A stretch of 39,485 nt of DNA from a virus (taxonomy: Duplodnaviria > Heunggongvirae > Uroviricota > Caudoviricetes). The notes under the pieces are model-generated. The model made no database searches, was not told where the DNA came from, and saw only the letters and a program-made list of their open reading frames with translations. Positions 36,757 through 39,485 of this stretch are shown here, piece by piece. The first letter of the stretch is position 1; each line of letters starts with the position of its first letter. A program made the position numbers and the translations under genes. The stretch lies in IMG/VR virus record IMGVR_UViG_2534682294_000013; one strand, 5' to 3'.

Positions 36757-38277
36757 TTAAACTCCTATGATCTTTGCGAATAAGTTAACAGAAATCTGCT
36801 CTCTTTCCAAGTAAGAAATAGGCAACAGTGATATTCTTAATGACGAATTAGACTCAGTCCATTTAACAACATTTCCCGACTTATCTTTTCTCTTAATTTT
36901 ATTACCACTTCCATTAACAATGGAAAATAGATTAAAATAGACTCGTGGACCTATTCCAATAAAAGGTTCGAAAAGCACCTTTCCTTGGTTTTTTTCATCA
37001 TTAGTTATTGATTCTGAATGAAATTCATAAGCCTTACTTTTTGGATATGGCTCTATGTAAACCACCCTCTTTATTCCCGAAGCTATAATATGCTTAGCGC
37101 AGTTGTGGCATGGGAAAGTAGTGCAATATATATAAGCATCTTGAGTACTAATATTTGTTCTAGCGCATGCTAAAATAGCTTCCATTTCAGCATGCACCAC
37201 ACGACCATATTCCGTAATATCTTGAATCAGGCTGTTATTGAGGATTCTCTCAAAATTATCACGAGATTTTCTAGGTATTTGATTGAGAATATCATGTATA
37301 ATTTCTCTTTTTTGTTTAGCATTCGAATCAAAACCTCTTACATAGTCCCTTCCTTCCGGATAGTCTTCATAAATTTCGTTCTCTGCATTAAAATATGGCC
37401 AGTATAAACCACCACCAGACTTAGGAACATCATTAGCACCAGTTGACATAATAGCGTAATTTTTTGCTAATACAGCTCCAACTTGTCTTGATAAATCAGC
37501 AGATCTCAAAGCTGAAGAAAAGGCCATATACATTGCATATTCATCAAATGTTGGCGTAATAAAAGGATTACCGAATAGCAAATCAAAAACTCTTTTTATA
37601 TCATTATTAAGTTTATCATCTCGGCCATCTTGGTTTAAAAAGAAATCAGCCAAATGAAATGTATCTCTGGTATGCTGCCCATGCCCAGACTCTTCATCTT
37701 CATCTCTAGCAATCAATAACGCTGCTTTATCTTCTGGAATTCCTTTATTACGAATTAAATTATCTAACCTGCGACTCTCATCAGAAAAAATACCAAACAA
37801 TAAAAATCCCGAGCCATATACTTCTCTTAATTTATACACCTCTTCTGGATGCTTTATTGAATTTATAACATATGCAATTCCTTTTTTATTTATTTGTAAA
37901 CGTGCATGCTTTGCCCTAATCTCATTAATTTTAGCTATTGCTCCAAGAGCCAATATATAATTACATTCACTATCCTCCCTCAGTTTATTTCCCTTAGTCA
38001 TTAAGCCATCAATTCTTTGGTAATTATCTGTATAATCTCCATTACCTAAGAGCTCAGCTATCACATCAGATGAAATCCGAACTTCAGAACATTCAAATTT
38101 ATATAAGGATAATCTATCTCTTATTTTTTTTGTAATTGCTTCTAGGTCTGTGCCAACGGAAGAAACTAACCCTATTACCATTTCTGCTAAAGGTCCTGTG
38201 GATTGCTTATCCTCCCCTGAGTTTTTTAAAAGCTGAGGTGCTTCTTTATTCAATTCTGTTATCTTTGTAATTTTCAT
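36757..38277 (-). CDS. two-domain protein: unassigned N-terminal domain fused to a cytidine/dCMP-deaminase-like zinc-binding domain; candidate anti-phage deaminase
   Basis: 506-aa ORF. C-terminal half has the CDA-fold signature: FDEYAMYMAFSSALRSADLSRQVGAVLAKNYAIMSTGAND (aa 244-283), HAEMEAI (H362, E364) and PCHNC (C390, C393). N-terminal ~230 aa has a Gly-rich segment GLVSSVGTD but no canonical Walker A. AT-rich; lies between int and cos/psu. Confidence 0.85.
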   Translation of the reverse strand: MKITKITELNKEAPQLLKNSGEDKQSTGPLAEMVIGLVSSVGTDLEAITKKIRDRLSLYKFECSEVRISSDVIAELLGNGDYTDNYQRIDGLMTKGNKLREDSECNYILALGAIAKINEIRAKHARLQINKKGIAYVINSIKHPEEVYKLREVYGSGFLLFGIFSDESRRLDNLIRNKGIPEDKAALLIARDEDEESGHGQHTRDTFHLADFFLNQDGRDDKLNNDIKRVFDLLFGNPFITPTFDEYAMYMAFSSALRSADLSRQVGAVLAKNYAIMSTGANDVPKSGGGLYWPYFNAENEIYEDYPEGRDYVRGFDSNAKQKREIIHDILNQIPRKSRDNFERILNNSLIQDITEYGRVVHAEMEAILACARTNISTQDAYIYCTTFPCHNCAKHIIASGIKRVVYIEPYPKSKAYEFHSESITNDEKNQGKVLFEPFIGIGPRVYFNLFSIVNGSGNKIKRKDKSGNVVKWTESNSSLRISLLPISYLEREQISVNLFAKIIGV

Positions 38278-38475
38278 ATGAAGTCATTCATCCAGTGAAG
38301 ATACAAAACATTTTTATAAATAATTCTTAGCATGTTTTCTATGTTTTCATTAAATTTTTTGAATTACCTCATGTTTTACATTTAAGCAACACAAGGTAAA
38401 CAACTGTTATATAAGAAAATTGAAAGCATAATGAATGATGTAGTTGGCTGTCACGTCTTCCCACTTCGTAGGGCG

Positions 38476-38490
38476 GATTCAGGCTGAATC
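38476..38490. repeat. 15-bp perfect palindrome in the cargo-operon upstream region
   Basis: gattcag-g-ctgaatc: 7-bp inverted arms around one central nucleotide, ~200 nt upstream of the deaminase-fusion start codon. Confidence 0.4.
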
Positions 38491-38734
38491 ATAGATAGTT
38501 TTAGACCTCTTATAGGACCGAATGTATAAGATGAAGGTATTAGAGGAGCTGAGCGCCTTCAAAACCGCCACTCAGTATCTAAACCGGGCAATACTTTCTC
38601 GCCCCTAACTTAGCCACTCATGGGCTCATCACGCCATCAAACATTACTGCACGATCACTAATACTCGTTCGAAACGGCACAGTACTACGGTACACCAAGT
38701 CCCGCAAAAATAAATACATTACCGCTGGCGCGCA

Positions 38735-38753
38735 GTGCTTTCCCCGCCTCGCC
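38735..38753. other. P2/P4-type cos site (19-nt cohesive-end sequence)
   Basis: gtgctttccccgcctcgcc is the exact reverse complement of GGCGAGGCGGGGAAAGCAC, the P2/P4 cohesive end as I remember it; located just 3' of psu as in P4. Confidence 0.7.
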
Positions 38754-38856
38754 CGCCCGCTTTGCGGGGCGGTTTTAATGCAGTTTCACTGACACGCTCA
38801 GGCCGCGCCGGGAATGGCGCGGTCTGCAGAAAATGAGGCAGGAAAACGCATGCAAA

Positions 38857-38887
38857 GCCATGCACCTTATCGATGCATGGCTTTTTT
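38857..38887 (+). terminator. intrinsic terminator (strongest in + orientation) 30 nt beyond the psu stop
   Basis: gccatgca-ccttatcga-tgcatggc-tttttt: 8-bp stem plus T6 on the plus strand, preceded by AAA so it may act in both directions. Confidence 0.5.
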
Positions 38888-38917
38888 CAGTAAAAACGGG
38901 CGGATTTTCGGGGAGTT

Positions 38918-39485
38918 TTACACAGACTGATGTGATGCCAGTTGCGCACTTTTACGCGAAAAAATCATGTTCTGCGCAGGGGTGAATTTTTCACGGCTGT
39001 CATCCACCGAAGCCGCGTCAGGCCTGAATCCGATGGTCGTTAAAATGTCGCTATCCTGTGCGGAATAATTAATTTTTTCCCCCTTCGCAAGCCAGGACAG
39101 GAGGGCTTCACGCAGGGCATCTGTGGCACGCTGTATGGCACAGTTTCGGGCAATGGCCGTCAGCTCACTGTAACCCATCAGCTCCGGTGCCAGTGCGGCC
39201 GCCAGTACTGTGCCGTGCTGCTGCATAAAATCATTCAGCCGGTCGCGGATGCTGATGTGCTGAACGGCTTCATGCGAACGAATATAACGACCGGCGGCCT
39301 GATTCACCTGCCATTTTCTGACTTCGATAATATTGCGTAATTCGTCCAGGCGGCTGACGTTTCTGCCTTCTCCTGACAGAAGCCGCAGATATTCCTGTTC
39401 GGCCGCTGCCAGCTCATTTTTGCGTTGCAGCCATGCTGCTTTGTTATTCTGACAGGTGTCAAAGGCCTGCTGTAAGGCTGTGCTT
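38918..39485 (-). CDS. psu: P4 Psu-like polarity-suppression / capsid decoration protein (5' end ~5 nt beyond window)
   Basis: The frame of track ORF 38918-39307 stays open to the window edge. Own translation from the edge: STALQQAFDTCQNNKAAWLQRKNELAAAEQEYLRLLSGEGRNVSRLDELRNIIEVRKWQVNQAAGRYIRSHEAV...; resembles the P4 Psu N-terminus as remembered, and the implied length (~190 aa) fits. Confidence 0.65.
   Translation of the reverse strand, partial: STALQQAFDTCQNNKAAWLQRKNELAAAEQEYLRLLSGEGRNVSRLDELRNIIEVRKWQVNQAAGRYIRSHEAVQHISIRDRLNDFMQQHGTVLAAALAPELMGYSELTAIARNCAIQRATDALREALLSWLAKGEKINYSAQDSDILTTIGFRPDAASVDDSREKFTPAQNMIFSRKSAQLASHQSV

Larger units (their letters stand above)
35171..39485. mobile_element. 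P4-like satellite prophage integrated at selC (left end; continues beyond window)
   Basis: P4-type integrase adjacent to the tRNA 3' end, exact P2/P4 cos 19-mer at 38735-38753, psu at the window edge, AT-rich cargo between. The left boundary (att core inside the selC 3' end) is inferred, not mapped. Confidence 0.65.

Noticed and set aside
36589-36783. 64-aa plus-strand ORF overlapping the 3' end of the deaminase-fusion gene
   Set aside because: No Shine-Dalgarno; it is antisense to the minus-strand small ORF, which has an ideal SD and stop-start coupling; it crosses the terminator hairpin and the convergent gene end. Judged an artefact.
36757-38277. Calling the N-terminal domain of the 506-aa protein a nucleotide kinase
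   Set aside because: No canonical Walker A (GxxxxGK[S/T]) or Walker B found by eye; only a Gly-rich segment GLVSSVGTD. Kinase or P-loop assignment left open.
38918-39307. 129-aa ORF as a complete gene
   Set aside because: Its first codon is GTG rendered as M; the same frame stays open upstream to the window edge, so it is the C-terminal part of a longer psu-like gene.
35093-39485. Interpreting the selC island as a LEE-type pathogenicity island
   Set aside because: selC is a known LEE insertion site in some strains, but nothing in the visible 4.3 kb resembles type III secretion genes; what is visible is P4-like satellite content. What lies beyond the window is unknown.

Overview
Enterobacterial (E. 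coli-type) chromosomal window running from the LPS core (waa) cluster through waaA-coaD, mutM, rpmBG, yicR, coaBC-dut-slmA, pyrE-rph, yicC, dinD, yicG, ligB, gmk-rpoZ-spoT-trmH-recG, gltS, xanP, yicH and yicI-yicJ to tRNA-Sec (selC). Core genes were recognised from the translated ORFs and from memory of the E. coli proteins; no search was run. The waa outer-core segment is not K-12-like (GT8 - waaY - GT8 order, R3-like). Two accessory features stand out. (1) An unrecognised 288-aa ORF sits between recG and gltS. (2) Immediately 3' of selC a P4-like satellite prophage begins: a P4-type integrase, an exact P2/P4 cos 19-mer, and psu running off the window edge. Between int and cos/psu, where P4-like satellites carry variable anti-phage cargo, lies an AT-rich two-gene operon. 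Its 506-aa protein fuses an unassigned N-terminal domain to a clear cytidine/dCMP-deaminase zinc-binding domain (HAE ... PCxxC). One nucleotide after its stop starts a 57-codon ORF absent from the ORF track, with an AGGAG Shine-Dalgarno, followed by a terminator. This is the most interesting candidate in the window, a putative nucleotide-deaminating defence module; whether it belongs to a described deaminase defence family or is a new variant cannot be settled from sequence alone. No CRISPR array, rRNA or IS element was seen.
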